DNA of 64,000 nucleotides from a virus (Duplodnaviria; Caudoviricetes): IMG/VR virus record IMGVR_UViG_3300033120_000761, positions 1 to 64,000 of that record. One strand, given 5' to 3'. Made by a program: the position numbers and the translations under genes. The notes under the pieces were generated by a model. The model ran no database searches and was not told the origin of the DNA. It saw only the letters and a list, made by a program, of their open reading frames with translations. Numbering within the stretch: position 1 is the stretch's first letter; each line of letters opens with the position of its first letter. Shown piece after piece: positions 61,794-64,000 of this stretch.

Positions 61794-63022
61794 TGAAATT
61801 AGCAGAGGAATTAATTAGATTGATACCCGTAGATGAAGTTATAAATGCTTCTAAGCTTAGGCATTCTACTCGCATGGTTTTTAATAATCCTGATTTTGAT
61901 CGATATACGGTTTTAAATCAAGGTGAAACTACCAAGGCCGTAGTAGTTAATAATAAAGAGCAGTATCGGATAATCGAATTAACCACTAATCAAAATTTAG
62001 CATCATCGAATATGATGATTTTTAATGATGATAAAAATTCTGCTATTGAATATCTTTTAGATGGCTATTATGAAGATGAATTGGTTGCACAAACCAAAGC
62101 TTTCTATATGCGCCACAGCCTATCTGGTGGCGACGTTCCTGCTAACAAATTACCTAAAATAAAAATAAAAAGTGATTCAAAGTGGATTAAGAAAGAAAAG
62201 CTATATCTTTGGTTGATCAAAGAAGGTATTCCAGATGTTCAAATTAAGATCGTGTTTCCTGACCTTATAAATTTAGATTCTGCTGAGACATCAATATCTC
62301 ATGGGGATTTTACCCTTATTGGATTCGCCGAAGATAAACATAAATTTTTATTATCCGTAATAGATGATTCAACAAAGCTGTTAAATAAGGCAGGGTTTAA
62401 AGATATTTCTTATGGAAAAGTCTATCTGGCCACGAAGAAAAACTCTTCAACTACTAGAACCCTAGCAGACTACATTTCTAATGATGATAGTATGCGCGTT
62501 TTTGATATAAAAACTTCTCAAGAACAATCCGTATTAACTTTCACTCATGAGCTTGGGCATAGATATTATTATAAGCGACTCTCTCCCCTATCTAGAGAAT
62601 TGATCGGAAAAGAATTTATCAAAAATATGCGCCTTGATATGGAAGATCAAAAAGAAGTAAATAAACAAATCAGAGGTTCTATTCCTGATTATAAAGTCGG
62701 GGATAAAATAAAAGATAAGAAATATGGCGATCTTGTTTTTTCTGGTGTCGGGGGTGTTAATCTTAACTCCAGAAAGATGGTTCTGAAATTCCACTTATTA
62801 AAAAATAATGAGAAGACCAATAAAATTTTAACTTTTGATAGTATGCTCGATGCTATACTGTATTTTAATAAAGATTCGCTAAAAGGTAAAAATAAAGCTA
62901 ATCCTTGGATTCCCACAGCTTACTCTAAAACCAGTGCAGTTGAATGGTTCGCGGAAATTTTCTCATACTCTGTTGTAGAGAAAAATAAAGAGATCTTAGA
63001 TTGGATAAAAGGGCTTAAATAA
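61793..63022 (+). CDS. Tagged zinc-metallopeptidase-like protein
   Basis: MKLAEELIRLIPVDE tag; HELGH motif; distal AYS..S..EWFAE.F. Confidence 0.7.
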   Translation: MKLAEELIRLIPVDEVINASKLRHSTRMVFNNPDFDRYTVLNQGETTKAVVVNNKEQYRIIELTTNQNLASSNMMIFNDDKNSAIEYLLDGYYEDELVAQTKAFYMRHSLSGGDVPANKLPKIKIKSDSKWIKKEKLYLWLIKEGIPDVQIKIVFPDLINLDSAETSISHGDFTLIGFAEDKHKFLLSVIDDSTKLLNKAGFKDISYGKVYLATKKNSSTTRTLADYISNDDSMRVFDIKTSQEQSVLTFTHELGHRYYYKRLSPLSRELIGKEFIKNMRLDMEDQKEVNKQIRGSIPDYKVGDKIKDKKYGDLVFSGVGGVNLNSRKMVLKFHLLKNNEKTNKILTFDSMLDAILYFNKDSLKGKNKANPWIPTAYSKTSAVEWFAEIFSYSVVEKNKEILDWIKGLK

Positions 63023-63331
63023 TAAAAAGGAATATCCATGGAAGGACCCATCAGTTCTAGAGTTTATGTAGAAGCTTCACCCGAGGCAATCGAATGTTGG
63101 CAACAACGAGTCAGAGATCTGATTTATCTTGAATCGCTGGATGCTTCAAAATTCAAAACATACGATGAGCGAGCAACCCATTACTTAAACCTGTCAACTC
63201 TAGCAATCAATAAGAAACTGCTAACAAGTATTGGATTCGACGTGAGAGATCTGCTGAATTAGTGGTTTTTGCGATATTCTCAATAAGTGTTAAAATCGTA
63301 GCTACTTCCACTTTGAAATTCGGAGCTACAG

Positions 63332-64000
63332 ATGCGTATAAAGTTCAATAAGCTTATCATCAAGTTATTGTGGGCCACTCGTCCTTTGATTACTTGGTTC
63401 GATCATACTTTCACTATAAAATCAGCAATTAAAAAAGTCACAGGTGATGATTATTACGTGCATCGTGATCTCGTTGTTAAGGGGATGGTCTTCATTACCG
63501 ATGCTAACGGGCATGGATCGAATATCATTAATCCATCTAGAAATGGGAGACATGGGGCAATTTATTTTGGAAGAGGCCTTGAGACTAAGATTAAACAAGT
63601 TTTAACTAAGCTCAATACCGAAATAACAGAGCTAAAATACAATCCAGGAAATGATAAAGAAAGGGCCGAGCTTTTAAAGAAAGCAGAGGATAAATTCTTT
63701 AGGATCCATAAAGTATTCAATGACTATAAGATCAATGATGAAATCTGCTATGTAATCGAGTCTGTAGAGGCGGGAGTTAAGCCAACTAACCTTGTTACTT
63801 TCATGACTTCAAAAGATTTATTCATGGCATTTACGCCAAACTTCTATTCCTCGCCAGAGGAAAAATTACAATTAATGAATGATGCGGCAGATTTTTCCGT
63901 AGAAGATCTTGGGCTTCCTTATGACTATGGGTTTGAGGATGGGGATGATGCAAAATATTGTTTCGAAGTCCCTGCCGATAATTATATCAAAGCAAAGCCA
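63332..64000 (+). CDS. Permuted papain-like amidase (partial; not in the ORF track)
   Basis: Manual translation MRIKFNKLII...HGAIYFG...VIES...GLPYDYGF....KYCFE, open to the window end. Confidence 0.65.
   Translation, partial: MRIKFNKLIIKLLWATRPLITWFDHTFTIKSAIKKVTGDDYYVHRDLVVKGMVFITDANGHGSNIINPSRNGRHGAIYFGRGLETKIKQVLTKLNTEITELKYNPGNDKERAELLKKAEDKFFRIHKVFNDYKINDEICYVIESVEAGVKPTNLVTFMTSKDLFMAFTPNFYSSPEEKLQLMNDAADFSVEDLGLPYDYGFEDGDDAKYCFEVPADNYIKAKP

Noticed and set aside
11857-62916. Most short minus-strand ORFs in the plus-strand region (e.g. 11857, 15458, 31590, 34022, 40872, 46396, 49089, 55632, 57041, 62689)
   Set aside because: Fully antisense to well-supported genes, with no motifs or RBS support.
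1-64000. CRISPR array, rRNA, IS elements, stop-codon reassignment
   Set aside because: No regularly spaced repeats, rRNA or transposase motifs seen; conserved genes are intact under code 11 and end at TAA, TAG and TGA; no suppressor anticodon.

Overview
AT-rich 64-kb segment of a large double-stranded DNA phage genome, read with the standard genetic code. No rRNA, CRISPR array or complete integrase is present, and the host cannot be named from sequence. Layout: (1) 1-8094, a minus-strand DNA replication module (uracil-DNA-glycosylase-like/family A polymerase fusion, primase-helicase, K/E-rich protein, SF2 helicase). (2) 8280-9797, a minus-strand tRNA array with 8 canonical tRNAs, one expanded 173-nt tRNA-like RNA and one degenerate tRNA, preceded by a promoter, a 26-codon leader ORF and an antiterminator/terminator pair. 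(3) 10142-44377, a long plus-strand run of short accessory genes (Tad1-like sponge, Rrf2, DUF1643, two peptidoglycan hydrolases, phosphatases, HTH proteins, GNAT). (4) 44976-47127, terminase small and large subunits. (5) 48940-60735, a dispersed 7-deazaguanine DNA-modification set (ParB-like x2, DpdA-like, queC, queD, queE, folE), interleaved with genes sharing an N-terminal tag. The strongest candidate for an undescribed system is a ribosome-sensing transcription attenuator on the tRNA array: codons 6-19 of the leader peptide use only amino acids whose tRNAs lie downstream. The second is an N-terminal tag (consensus MKLAxxLxxL[LIV]xE) on eight unrelated proteins, resembling a capsid-targeting/protease-cleavage signal for packaged cargo. 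Protein family calls come from motif recognition by eye, not database searches.
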